In this document: in pieces, positions 27,678-37,296 of the stretch
Layout: each line of letters starts with the position of its first letter
Position numbering within the stretch: the stretch's first letter is position 1
Source of the DNA: Gallionella sp.
GTDB lineage: Bacteria; Pseudomonadota; Gammaproteobacteria; Burkholderiales; Gallionellaceae
NCBI GenBank assembly: GCA_036172035.1
Contig: JAVHSF010000322.1
Span: 1-42,447 of the forward strand
DNA: 42,447 nucleotides
Direction: 5' to 3'
Position numbers and translations under genes: made by a program
The notes under the pieces: model-generated
Told to the model about the DNA's origin: nothing
Seen by the model: only the letters and a program-made list of their open reading frames with translations
Databases searched by the model: none

Positions 27678-27720
27678 TAACATATTGATTTATAACAATA
27701 ATTTTTATAAAGGGGAAATC

Positions 27721-28596
27721 ATGTCGGGTTTTACACAAATCATCAAAACCACTTTGGCTGCCATCGGTCTGAGTGCGGTCATATCGTTCGCTCCCGGCCT
27801 GTCCAGCGCAGAACCCGTGTTGCGCGTGTCCGCCATTCCCGACGAAGCGCCGACCGAATTGCAGCGCAAGTTCAAGCCACTGGGAGAATATCTGGAGAAG
27901 AAGCTGGGCATGAAGGTGGTATTCACTCCGGTGACCGACTACGCTGCCTCCGTTGAAGGCCTGGTCAACAACAAGCTGGACATGGTCTGGTTCGGCGGTT
28001 TTACCTTCGTTCAAGCCAAGGTGCGCAGCCATAACCAGGTCATCCCGCTGGTGCAGCGCGAAGAGGACGCGAAATTCAGGTCGGTGTTCATCACCACCAA
28101 GGCCGACATCAATAATTTGTCCGACCTGAAGGGCAAGACGTTCAGCTTCGGCTCGGAGTCCTCCACTTCCGGCCATCTGATGCCACGTTCCTACCTGCTG
28201 GCGGCCAACATCAATCCCGATACCGACATGAAACGCCTGTCGTTCTCCGGCGCGCATGATGCGACCGTGGCGGCAGTGGCGGGCGGCAAGGTGGATGCGG
28301 GCGCGCTGAATATCTCGGTGTGGGAAAAGCTGCTGGCACAAGGCAAGGTGGATGCCAAAACGGTGCGCGTGTTTTACACCACGCCGGGCTATTTCGATTA
28401 CAACTGGACGGTGCGTGCCGACATGAATCCCGCGCTGCGCAAGAAACTGTCCGACGCTTTCCTGGCGCTCGACATCAATAACCCGCACGACAAGGAAATT
28501 CTTGATTTGCAACGCACCAGTCGCTTCATTCCGACTCGGGCAGAAAATTACCTCAGCATCGAAAAAGCTGCGCATAGCGCGGGACTGCTGAAGTAA
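27721..28596 (+). CDS. PhnD-like periplasmic binding protein (resembles the putative selenate ABC binding-protein subfamily)
   Basis: Signal peptide, LRVSAIPDEAPTEL.RKF, TDYAA.VE, WFGGFT, STSGHLMP, GAHDAT, YFDYNW. Confidence 0.85.
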   Translation: MSGFTQIIKTTLAAIGLSAVISFAPGLSSAEPVLRVSAIPDEAPTELQRKFKPLGEYLEKKLGMKVVFTPVTDYAASVEGLVNNKLDMVWFGGFTFVQAKVRSHNQVIPLVQREEDAKFRSVFITTKADINNLSDLKGKTFSFGSESSTSGHLMPRSYLLAANINPDTDMKRLSFSGAHDATVAAVAGGKVDAGALNISVWEKLLAQGKVDAKTVRVFYTTPGYFDYNWTVRADMNPALRKKLSDAFLALDINNPHDKEILDLQRTSRFIPTRAENYLSIEKAAHSAGLLK

Positions 28597-28598
28597 AA

Positions 28599-29405
28599 AT
28601 GTTGTCATTACGCGGTGTCTGCGTGCGCCACCCTAGCTCCGCGCAGTTCGCCCTGTCCGATGTGACTTTAAGCATCGGGCAGGGCGAACAGATCGCGCTG
28701 ATCGGCCCTTCCGGTGCGGGTAAGACCACGCTGCTGCACACGCTGGCGGGTGCGATCGAACCCGATGCGGGTGACTTTTCTGCGTTTGGCTTGTCGCCCT
28801 GGCAACTGCCTCCTGCCGAACGCCACGCCTTGCGCGCGCGCTGTTTTCTCGCGCCGCAAACGCCGCCGTTGCCGCCCCGCCAGCGCGTGGTCACGGCGGT
28901 GCTGGCGGGATGTTTGCCGCATTGGGGATTCTGGCATTCCATCGCCTCGCTGGTCAGGCCGAAGGATGCCGATGCCGCTGTCGCTTATGACGCGCTGGCA
29001 CGCTTCAACCTGCAAAACAAGTTGTACCTGCGGGTAGATAGACTGTCCGGCGGCGAGCGGCAGCGTTGCGGCATGGCGCGTTTGCTGGTGTCCCGCGCCC
29101 GGGTGTTGCTGGTGGATGAACCGCTCTCCGCGCTCGATCCCGCGTTGTCGTTGCAAACTTTGCAGGTATTGCAGCAGGAAGCGCGGAACCGTCAAGCGAC
29201 GCTGCTGTGCAGCTTGCATCAGGTCGAACTGGCACGCAGCCATTTTCCGCGCATCGTCGGGCTACGCGAGGGCAGGGTGGTGTTCGATGCCGCCCGCGAG
29301 GCGGTCACCGACGAGATGATCGCGGCGCTGTACCAGAATGCTGCGGAGGGCCGGGCGAGCGAGGAATGGGGTGTGCCGCATCGGGTCATGGGCGCGCATT
29401 GTTAG
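28599..29405 (+). CDS. PhnC-like ABC ATP-binding protein
   Basis: GPSGAGKTT, LSGGERQR, LLVDEP.SALDP, SLHQV.LA...F.RIVGLR.G. Confidence 0.9.
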   Translation: MLSLRGVCVRHPSSAQFALSDVTLSIGQGEQIALIGPSGAGKTTLLHTLAGAIEPDAGDFSAFGLSPWQLPPAERHALRARCFLAPQTPPLPPRQRVVTAVLAGCLPHWGFWHSIASLVRPKDADAAVAYDALARFNLQNKLYLRVDRLSGGERQRCGMARLLVSRARVLLVDEPLSALDPALSLQTLQVLQQEARNRQATLLCSLHQVELARSHFPRIVGLREGRVVFDAAREAVTDEMIAALYQNAAEGRASEEWGVPHRVMGAHC

Positions 29406-29410
29406 CCGTG

Positions 29411-30235
29411 ATGCCCGCTTCACGTTATCCTGATCCGGCCTGGCGCGGTCGCGTCACGGCGGCGGTGGTTTTTCTCGTCGCGCTGTGGCCGATGCTGGTC
29501 TATAGCGAATTCAAACCGTGGGGCTTGTTCGAGGCGCAAAGCCTGCAAGCCAGTGGGCAGTTTCTGGCGAGTTTCGTGCCGCCCGCGCATTCCGCTGAAT
29601 TTCTCTTCATGTTGCTGGAAGCGACCTGGCAAACCGTCGCCATTGCCACCGCCGGCCTGACGCTGGCGTTGCTGGGCGCGATTCCGCTGACGCTGCTGGC
29701 GACCGAATCGCTGTCCATTTCCCGGCTGGAATCGGGGCGGATGCGGCTGGCGGGCAGCCTCGTCCGGCAGATGGTGCGCTGGTTGCTGGTGCTGCTGCGC
29801 TCTGTGCCGGAGCTGGTCTGGGCATTGCTGTTCGTGCGCATCGTGGGGCTGGGGCCGACCGCCGGGGTGTTGGCCATCGCGCTGACTTATTGCGGCATGT
29901 TGGGCAAAGTCTATGCCGAGATACTCGAATCTTCCGATGTGCAAGTGACGCAAGTGTTGCTGAAAAACGGTGCGGGCCGCCTCTCGGCGCTGTGTTACGG
30001 CGCACTGCCGGAAGCCGCCAACGAACTGCTTTCCTACACCACTTACCGCTGGGAGTGCGCCATCCGTGGTTCGGTGGTGATGGGCTTCGTGGGGGCGGGG
30101 GGGCTGGGGCAACGCATGGACGAATCACTGAAAATGATGGCGGGCGGAGAAGTTTCCAGTATGTTGATTATATTCATTATTTTAGTGGCGTTTGCCGATT
30201 GGGTCAGCGCGTTCCTGCGCTACCGTCTGGGATAA
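29411..30235 (+). CDS. PhnE-like ABC permease 1
   Basis: LRSVPELVWALLF...GLGP.AGVLA, GK.YAE..E, YRWECAIR...G.VGAGGLG. Confidence 0.9.
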   Translation: MPASRYPDPAWRGRVTAAVVFLVALWPMLVYSEFKPWGLFEAQSLQASGQFLASFVPPAHSAEFLFMLLEATWQTVAIATAGLTLALLGAIPLTLLATESLSISRLESGRMRLAGSLVRQMVRWLLVLLRSVPELVWALLFVRIVGLGPTAGVLAIALTYCGMLGKVYAEILESSDVQVTQVLLKNGAGRLSALCYGALPEAANELLSYTTYRWECAIRGSVVMGFVGAGGLGQRMDESLKMMAGGEVSSMLIIFIILVAFADWVSAFLRYRLG

Positions 30236-30237
30236 AA

Positions 30238-31026
30238 ATGCAACGCCCGTCCGCACCGCCGTTGATGTCGTTTGCCACCGCCGTCTTGCTGCTGGGATTG
30301 CTGGCGCTGGTCGTCGCCAGCTTTGGCTCGCTGTCGCTCAAGTGGGGCGAGTTGTTCAGTGACGATGCGTTGCGCTCCAGCGCGGAATTTATCGGCGGGT
30401 TTGCGCCCCCCGAACTGGCTGCACCATTTTTGCTGAAAATTGCGAATGCCACGCTGGAAACGCTGTCCATGTCGGCCTTGAGTACCCTGATCGCCGTGGG
30501 GTTCGGTGTCGCGCTCGCCGTACCCGCCAGCGGTCGCACGGGGGGTGCGTTGCGCGCCGTCACTCGTTTGATATTGAACGTGTTGCGCTCCATCCCCGAG
30601 CTGGTCTGGGCATCCATTTTGCTGATCGCGGCAGGGCTGGGGCCTTTTGCCGGCACGCTGGCGTTGGCGGCGCACACCTCCGGCGTGTTGGGGCGCCTGT
30701 TCGCCGATGCGCTGGAAAATCAGCCGCCCGCCCCGGAAGCCACCCTGCGCATCAACGGTGTCGCACCGATGCGTGCCTTCTGCTACGCGGCGCTGCCGCA
30801 AGCCCTGCCGCAAATGCTCTCCTACACCCTGTACCGCTGGGAAAACAACATTCGCGCCGCCGCCATACTGGGCGTGGTCGGCGCGGGCGGACTGGGGCAG
30901 ATGCTCAAGTATCATTTGTCGCTGTTCCAGATGCAGCAGGCCGCAACCGTCATCATCGCCATGCTGGTCATGGTGGCGCTGGTGGATGCCGCCAGCTTTG
31001 GCTTGCGCCGGCAATTGATGCGTTAA
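30238..31026 (+). CDS. PhnE-like ABC permease 2
   Basis: LRSIPELVWA, GLGPFAG.LAL, YTLYRWENNIR..LG.VGAGGLG. Confidence 0.9.
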   Translation: MQRPSAPPLMSFATAVLLLGLLALVVASFGSLSLKWGELFSDDALRSSAEFIGGFAPPELAAPFLLKIANATLETLSMSALSTLIAVGFGVALAVPASGRTGGALRAVTRLILNVLRSIPELVWASILLIAAGLGPFAGTLALAAHTSGVLGRLFADALENQPPAPEATLRINGVAPMRAFCYAALPQALPQMLSYTLYRWENNIRAAAILGVVGAGGLGQMLKYHLSLFQMQQAATVIIAMLVMVALVDAASFGLRRQLMR

Positions 31027-31203
31027 GCCCATTTTTATCGTTGGGAGATCGTCATGAGGGATGCTTCAAACAATTTGCGTGTTCGCGTGGTTCTCCGCTC
31101 AATTTCCATACCTTGATGCTGCGCTTGCCAAACGCATCTTGACGGGTGCGTTATCATACCGCCCCCGGCTTTACTCATTCCGAACCAGGTACATTTTTCA
31201 TTT

Positions 31204-33204
31204 ATGTTGAGCAAACTCAATCCCGTACAACGCGAAGCGGCGAAGTATCTCGACGGCCCGCTGCTGGTGCTGGCGGGGGCGGGCAGCGGCAAGACGCGGG
31301 TGATCACGCACAAGATCGCCTATCTGGTGGAGGAATGTGGTTATGCGGCGCGCAATATCGCGGCGATCACCTTCACCAACAAGGCCGCCAGCGAGATGCG
31401 CGAGCGCGTGGGTCATCTGTTGCAGGGCAAGCAGGCCAAGGGTCTGGTGGTCAGCACTTTCCACGCGCTGGGCATGAACATCCTGCGTCAGGAGGCCAGG
31501 CTGCTGGGCTACAAGCCGCAGTTCTCGATCATGGATAGCAGCGATACCTGGAAAATTATCGGGGAGTTGTCCAATTCCGGCGACAAACAGGCAATCAGGG
31601 ATATACAGACGCAGTTGTCCAACTGGAAAGCGGCGTTTATCTCGCCGGAACAGGCTCTCGCCCATCCCGGCAGCCCGGAGGGCGAAGTTCATGCGCGCCT
31701 CTATGTGCGCTATCAGGAAACCTTGCGCGCCTATCAGGCGGTGGACTTCGACGATCTGATCCATCTGCCGGTGGTGCTGTTCAAGCAGCACCCGGACGCG
31801 CTGGAGCGCTGGCAGCAGCGCTTGCGCTATTTGTTGATAGACGAATATCAGGACACCAACGATTGCCAGTATCAGCTCACCCGGCTGCTGGCGGGGCAAC
31901 GCGCCGCGTTCACTGCCGTGGGCGACGACGATCAGGCGATCTACGCGTGGCGCGGCGCGAGCATCGAGAATCTGCACAACCTGCGCAGCGATTACGCCAA
32001 TCTTAAAGTCATCAAGCTGGAACAGAATTACCGCTCCTCGCAGCGCATCCTCAAGGTGGCGAACCACCTCATCAACCACAATACCAAAGTGTTTGAAAAG
32101 AAACTGTGGAGCGAACATGGCATCGGCGACCCGATCCGTATCTATGCCGCGCGCGACGAGGAAAACGAGGCCGAGAGCGTGGTGCTGAGGCTGCTGGCGC
32201 ACAAGTTTGAGCACAAGGGCAAGCATTCGGATTACGCGATCCTGTATCGCAGCAATTACCTGTCGCGCGCCTTCGAGGAACAACTGCGCGCCCAGCGCGT
32301 ACCCTACACGGTCAGCGGCGGCACGTCGTTTTTCGACAAGGCGGAGATCAAGGACATCGTCTCTTATTTGCGCCTGATCGCTAACCCGGACGACGACCCC
32401 GCCTTTATCCGCGCCATCACCACGCCCAAACGCGGCATCGGCAATACTACCCTGGAGAAACTCGGCAACTACGCCGGGACGCGCCACGTCAGCCTGTTCG
32501 AGGCGGCGTTCGAGGCGCAAATCGAGCAACTGCTGCCGCCGCGCCAGTACGAAGAACTCATAACCTTCTGCCGTTTTATCAACCGCATCGAGGACCGGGC
32601 AGCCGCCGACCCCTGCGCCGAGTTGCTGGACGAACTGCTGCGCGCCATCAATTACGAAGCCTGGCTGTACGATACCCAGGAATCGCGTCAGGCCGAGAGC
32701 CGCTGGAAGAATGTCTGCGACTTCGTCGGCTGGATCAAACGCCGCGCCGAAGCCGATGAGAAGTCGTTGCTGGAGATGGTGCAGACCATCGCGCTGATCA
32801 ACATGCTGGATGGCCGTGACCAGGAGCCGGATGCGGTCACCCTGTCCACGCTGCATGCCGCCAAGGGGCTGGAATTCCCGCATGTGTTCATCATAGGCGT
32901 GGAAGAGGACATTCTGCCGTTCCGCGACAGCGATGAAAAAGGCATAGAAGAAGAGCGCCGCCTGATGTATGTCGGCATCACCCGCGCCGAACGCAGCCTG
33001 CAGATCAGCTATTGCAACCGCCGCCGTCGCGGCAGGGACTGGATGGCCTGCGAACCCAGCCGTTTTCTCGACGAAATGCCGGCAGACGAATTGATTTATG
33101 CCGGACTGCACGCCGAGGCCGCCCCTGTGGTGACGAAAGACGAGGGCATGGACAAATTGGCACGGCTCAAGGCGATGTTGAATAAACCTGCGGATGGCGC
33201 GTAG
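31204..33204 (+). CDS. rep: ATP-dependent DNA helicase Rep (UvrD family)
   Basis: LAGAGSGKTRVITHKIAYL, TFTNKAA, DEYQDTN, VGDDDQAIYAWRGA, LEQNYRS, TLHAAKGLEF, EERRLMYVGITRA; no UvrD C-terminal Tudor domain. Confidence 0.92.
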   Translation: MLSKLNPVQREAAKYLDGPLLVLAGAGSGKTRVITHKIAYLVEECGYAARNIAAITFTNKAASEMRERVGHLLQGKQAKGLVVSTFHALGMNILRQEARLLGYKPQFSIMDSSDTWKIIGELSNSGDKQAIRDIQTQLSNWKAAFISPEQALAHPGSPEGEVHARLYVRYQETLRAYQAVDFDDLIHLPVVLFKQHPDALERWQQRLRYLLIDEYQDTNDCQYQLTRLLAGQRAAFTAVGDDDQAIYAWRGASIENLHNLRSDYANLKVIKLEQNYRSSQRILKVANHLINHNTKVFEKKLWSEHGIGDPIRIYAARDEENEAESVVLRLLAHKFEHKGKHSDYAILYRSNYLSRAFEEQLRAQRVPYTVSGGTSFFDKAEIKDIVSYLRLIANPDDDPAFIRAITTPKRGIGNTTLEKLGNYAGTRHVSLFEAAFEAQIEQLLPPRQYEELITFCRFINRIEDRAAADPCAELLDELLRAINYEAWLYDTQESRQAESRWKNVCDFVGWIKRRAEADEKSLLEMVQTIALINMLDGRDQEPDAVTLSTLHAAKGLEFPHVFIIGVEEDILPFRDSDEKGIEEERRLMYVGITRAERSLQISYCNRRRRGRDWMACEPSRFLDEMPADELIYAGLHAEAAPVVTKDEGMDKLARLKAMLNKPADGA

Positions 33205-33218
33205 GCGGTGATCGGCAA

Positions 33219-34037
33219 ATGATGCAAGCAACCCCTTTGGAACTCCGTGCCGCCGCACTTTTCTGGCTTGCTGAACGCGATGCCCGTTGCAAGGCTGAGG
33301 GCGTGCGGCGGCTGGCTGAAAGCTGGCAGGATAAGATGATTTATCTGGATAATCATATCGTTATTAACGAATTGCCGCATCTTCCCGGTCGCCCTGAAAA
33401 ACCTTGCCTGGTGTCGCCGCTGGCCGTGAAACGCCGGAGCATGGTGACAGAGGAAGGGCGCGCCATCCTGATTCATGCGCTGGTTCACATCGAATTCAAC
33501 GCCATTAATCTGGCGCTGGACGCGATCTGGCGTTTCGCCGGAATGCCGGATGACTATTACGCAGACTGGCTGCGGGTCGCGGACGAGGAAGCCTTGCATT
33601 TTTCCTTGCTGGCAGGCCATTTGCAGGTATTGGGTTATGCTTATGGAGATTTCCCCGGACACGGCAGTTTATGGGAAATGGCCGACAAGACCCGGGGCGA
33701 TGTGCTGGCGCGCATGGCGCTGGTACCCCGCACCATGGAGGCGCGCGGGCTGGATGCCGTGCCTGCGGTGCGCGCCAAACTGGCGCAGGCGGGCGACCAT
33801 GCGGCAGCCGGAATACTCGACATCATCCTGGCGGACGAGATCGGTCACGTCGGTATCGGCAATCGCTGGTACGGCTATCTGTGCGCGCAGCGCGGTCTGG
33901 AACCTGTCACGACTTACGCGCGTCTGGCGAAGGAGCATGCCGCACCCGTGATGCGCGGTCCCTTCAATTTTTCCGCCCGGCGGGCGGCGGGATTCAGTGA
34001 GTTGGAACTGGCTGAATTAAATGGGATGACAAAATAG
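33219..34037 (+). CDS. Ferritin-like DUF455 protein
   Basis: PGRP, HALVHIEFNAINLALDA, DEE..HF, MEARGLD, DEIGHV..G.RW. Confidence 0.88.
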   Translation: MMQATPLELRAAALFWLAERDARCKAEGVRRLAESWQDKMIYLDNHIVINELPHLPGRPEKPCLVSPLAVKRRSMVTEEGRAILIHALVHIEFNAINLALDAIWRFAGMPDDYYADWLRVADEEALHFSLLAGHLQVLGYAYGDFPGHGSLWEMADKTRGDVLARMALVPRTMEARGLDAVPAVRAKLAQAGDHAAAGILDIILADEIGHVGIGNRWYGYLCAQRGLEPVTTYARLAKEHAAPVMRGPFNFSARRAAGFSELELAELNGMTK

Positions 34038-34160
34038 GCTATGTGCATTCCATGATTGGACGAAGGAATTTTGAGTTTCAACTTGTTTGGGTAGCAATGA
34101 CTTTGTTAAGCCGCCAGCGGCGTGGCACAATCGCTATCCGTAAAATTTATATCACCATTC

Positions 34161-35006
34161 ATGCTGAGTTATCGTCATGCTTTTCACGCCGGCAATCATG
34201 CCGATGTGCTGAAACACTTCATTGAGATGCAGTTGCTGCGCTATCTGGCGCAGAAGGACAAGCCTTTCTGGTATATAGACACCCATGCCGGGGCGGGTTG
34301 TTATGCGCTGGATAGCGGCTATGCCACGCAAAATGCCGAGTATGAAAGCGGCATCGCGCGGCTGTGGGGTCGCGACGATTTGCCTGACGCACTGGCGGAG
34401 TATGTGGCGCTGGTGAAGGGTATCAACCCGGACGGAAAGTTGAAGCTGTATCCCGGCTCGCCGCTGGTGGCGCTGGAGCTGTTGCGCGAGCAGGATCGGA
34501 TGCGGCTATACGAGTTACACCCGACCGACAGCGAAATTTTGCAGGAGAATTTTGCCGGACACGGCTCGCAGGTGCTGATGCAAAGCGCCGATGGTTTTGG
34601 CGCGCTGAAAGCCTTGTTGCCGCCCCCGCCGCGCCGCGCGCTGGTGCTGATAGACCCTCCTTATGAAGAAAAGCAGGATTATCAGCGCGTGGTGTCAGCT
34701 TTGCAGGAAGGGTTGAAACGCTTCGCCAACGGCATTTATGCGGTGTGGTATCCGCAGTTGCAGCGTGCCGATGCGCGCCAGTTGCCGGAACAGCTCAAAC
34801 GATTGCCGGTGAAAAGCTGGCTGAATGTCGCGCTGACCGTGCAGGGCGAAAGCGAAGAGGGCTTCGGGATGCACGGCAGCGGCATGTTTGTACTCAATCC
34901 GCCGTGGACGCTGCATGGCGTGTTGCAGGAGGTGATGCCCTATCTGGTCGCACGTCTGGGGCAAGATGCGCGGGCGACATACACGCTGGAACAGCAGGAG
35001 ACCTAG
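34161..35006 (+). CDS. rlmJ: 23S rRNA m6A2030 methyltransferase
   Basis: MLSYRHAFHAGNHADVLKH, DTHAGAG, YPGSP, ELHP, IDPPYE, WYP. Confidence 0.96.
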   Translation: MLSYRHAFHAGNHADVLKHFIEMQLLRYLAQKDKPFWYIDTHAGAGCYALDSGYATQNAEYESGIARLWGRDDLPDALAEYVALVKGINPDGKLKLYPGSPLVALELLREQDRMRLYELHPTDSEILQENFAGHGSQVLMQSADGFGALKALLPPPPRRALVLIDPPYEEKQDYQRVVSALQEGLKRFANGIYAVWYPQLQRADARQLPEQLKRLPVKSWLNVALTVQGESEEGFGMHGSGMFVLNPPWTLHGVLQEVMPYLVARLGQDARATYTLEQQET

Positions 35007-35119
35007 GGAAGCACTGATTTATTCGTCATTCCGGCGTAGGCCGGAATCCAGCGTCTTGATTAAAAAAGGTTTCCGCAAAAGCGGAAACGACAAGATCGAA
35101 TAAATCAGTGTTTCCCTAG
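35003..35119. mobile_element. Complete IS5-like MITE (109 bp plus CTAG duplication) carrying REP hairpins
   Basis: CTAG-GGAAGCACTGATTTATTCG ... CGAATAAATCAGTGTTTCC-CTAG (19-bp TIRs, 1 mismatch); internal GTCATTCCGGCGTAGGCCGGAATCCAG and GTTTCCGC-AAAA-GCGGAAACGAC. Confidence 0.88.
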
Positions 35120-35157
35120 TCTTCAGCCAATAACTTACTTTTTAGGAATAGGAAAAT

Positions 35158-37296
35158 ATGACTTTTATTCATACATGGAATTTCTTCCGCGCGGGCGGTT
35201 TCGATCAGGTTCAGATTGATAGCGGCGCGGATCTGCTGGCGTTGAAGGACTTGAATCAAAAGCTGTGGGTGGCATTGAGTTGTCCGACGCGCGGTGTCGA
35301 GTTTGATGCACGGACGCTGGATATGATAGACAGCGATGCGGACGGCAGGGTGCGCGCCAACGAGGTGCTGGCGGCGATCGCCTGGGCGGGCGGGTTGCTG
35401 AAGAATGCCGACCTGCTGGTTTCCGCTAGCGACGAGTTGGCCTTGGTGGATATCAACGGGGATGTCGAAGAAGGGGGGCAGATATTGCGTTCCGCGCGGC
35501 ACATCCTGAAAAATCTGGGCAAGCCCGAAGCGGCGCAAATTTGCATGGCCGATATGGCCGATATTGAAAAATTTGTTGCGGGGCTGCAATTCAATGGCGA
35601 CGGAGTGGTGAGTGCGGCGCAAGTCGCCGATGTGGAGGTACGCACCACGCTCGAAGATATCATCAAATGCGCCGGGTCGGTGGCCGATTTGAGCGGCGAC
35701 GCGGGGGTGAACCAGGAGATTGTTGAGCGCTTTATTGGCGCAGCAACGGCTTATTCGGACTGGTATGCCAACAGTGAAGCCGATGCGGCGATTCTTGTGC
35801 TGGGCGACCAAACGGCATCCGCAGCCGCCGCGTTTCATGCCGTCAAGGATAAGGTCGGCGACTATTTCACGCGTTGCCAACTGGCCGCTTATGATGACCG
35901 TGCCGCCGTGCCGTTGAGTCGTTCGGTGGAAGATTATCAACAACTGGCAGGGCAGAGTCTTTCGTCGCAAAGTGCGGAAATTGCGCTTTTTCCGTTGGCT
36001 GCCATCGCAGCCAATAAGCCTTTGTCACTGATTGATACGATCAATCCGGCCTGGCAGACGAAGATGGATGCGCTGCGGCTTCAGGTGGTTACGCCGTTGC
36101 TGGGCAACCAGGAGACTTTGCTCGCGGTTGAGTGGGCGGGTTTGTGCGAGCAGTTTTCCGCCTTTGACGCGTGGCAGGCGAGCAAGCCGCAGTCCTGTGC
36201 CGAACCACTCGGTATCGGGCGGATTCGTGAGGTGCTGGCGAGTGGGCATAAAGCCTTGCTGGATGACCTGATCGCGCAGGATCAAGCCGTCGAAATTGAG
36301 GTTAAGGCGATTTACGCGGTGGAGCGCCTGTTGCGCTACAAACGCGATTTGTATGTGCTGGTCAATAATTTCGTTTCTTTCCGCAACTTTTATACCGGCA
36401 AGGAAAAGGGCATCTTCCAGGTCGGTACGCTGTATCTGGACGGGCGCAGTTGTGATTTGACGGTCAAGGTTGACGATGTGGGCAAACATGCTGCATATGC
36501 AAACACGAGCGGATTGTGTCTGGCGTATTGCGAGTGCGTGCGCAACACCGAGAAGATGAGCATCGCGGCGGGTTTTACGGCGGGCGACTCGGATTATCTG
36601 GTGGTGGGGCGCAACGGTGTGTTTTATGACCGCAAGGGGCAGGACTGGGATGCCACCATCGTGCGTATTATTGACCAGCCCATTAGCATTCGTCAGGCGT
36701 TCTGGTCGCCATACAAGAAACTTTCCAGGGTGATCGGCGACCAGTTGCAAAAACTGGCCGCCGCCAAGGCCAGCGCGACGGAAGGCAATCTGTCGGCAGC
36801 GGCAACCGAACACGGCAAGTCGGTCGTTACCGCCACGGCGGCGACTCCCAAACCCGCTTTTGATGTAGGCAAGTTTGCCGGTATTTTTGCGGCGATCGGT
36901 CTGGCGATCGGCGCGATTGGCGGAATACTTGCCTCCATAGTGGGCGGCTTGCTGGGTTTGAAATTGTGGCAGATGCCGTTGGCGATGGTCGGGCTGCTGC
37001 TGCTGATTTCCGGTCCGGCGATGGTGTTGGCCTGGTTCAAACTGAAACGGCGCAACCTTGCGCCGATACTGGATGCGAACGGCTGGGCGGTAAACGCGCG
37101 TGCGCGCATCAATATCCCGTTTGGCACGTCGTTGACCGGTTTGGCCGGTTTGCCGGAAGGCTCACACCGTTCGCTGGTTGACCCGTTCGCCGACAAAAAA
37201 CCGCTGTGGCCGTATTATTTGCTGATACTGGTCATTGTCGGCGCGCTGCTTGGCCTGTGGTTCTTTGGTTATTTGGGCGGTCATTTCGGCGCATGA
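35158..37296 (+). CDS. Uncharacterised 712-aa EF-hand-containing membrane protein
   Basis: Canonical EF loop DSDADGRVRANE, second candidate FNGDGVVS; about three C-terminal hydrophobic helices; AGGA RBS. Confidence 0.8.
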   Translation: MTFIHTWNFFRAGGFDQVQIDSGADLLALKDLNQKLWVALSCPTRGVEFDARTLDMIDSDADGRVRANEVLAAIAWAGGLLKNADLLVSASDELALVDINGDVEEGGQILRSARHILKNLGKPEAAQICMADMADIEKFVAGLQFNGDGVVSAAQVADVEVRTTLEDIIKCAGSVADLSGDAGVNQEIVERFIGAATAYSDWYANSEADAAILVLGDQTASAAAAFHAVKDKVGDYFTRCQLAAYDDRAAVPLSRSVEDYQQLAGQSLSSQSAEIALFPLAAIAANKPLSLIDTINPAWQTKMDALRLQVVTPLLGNQETLLAVEWAGLCEQFSAFDAWQASKPQSCAEPLGIGRIREVLASGHKALLDDLIAQDQAVEIEVKAIYAVERLLRYKRDLYVLVNNFVSFRNFYTGKEKGIFQVGTLYLDGRSCDLTVKVDDVGKHAAYANTSGLCLAYCECVRNTEKMSIAAGFTAGDSDYLVVGRNGVFYDRKGQDWDATIVRIIDQPISIRQAFWSPYKKLSRVIGDQLQKLAAAKASATEGNLSAAATEHGKSVVTATAATPKPAFDVGKFAGIFAAIGLAIGAIGGILASIVGGLLGLKLWQMPLAMVGLLLLISGPAMVLAWFKLKRRNLAPILDANGWAVNARARINIPFGTSLTGLAGLPEGSHRSLVDPFADKKPLWPYYLLILVIVGALLGLWFFGYLGGHFGA

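Noticed and set aside
31198-33258. 686-aa antisense ORF over rep (also 38329-39708, 26481-27650, 27604-28608, 24411-25334)
   Set aside because: These mirror well-supported genes codon for codon; stop-poor shadow frames are expected in GC-rich coding DNA, and no motifs are recognisable
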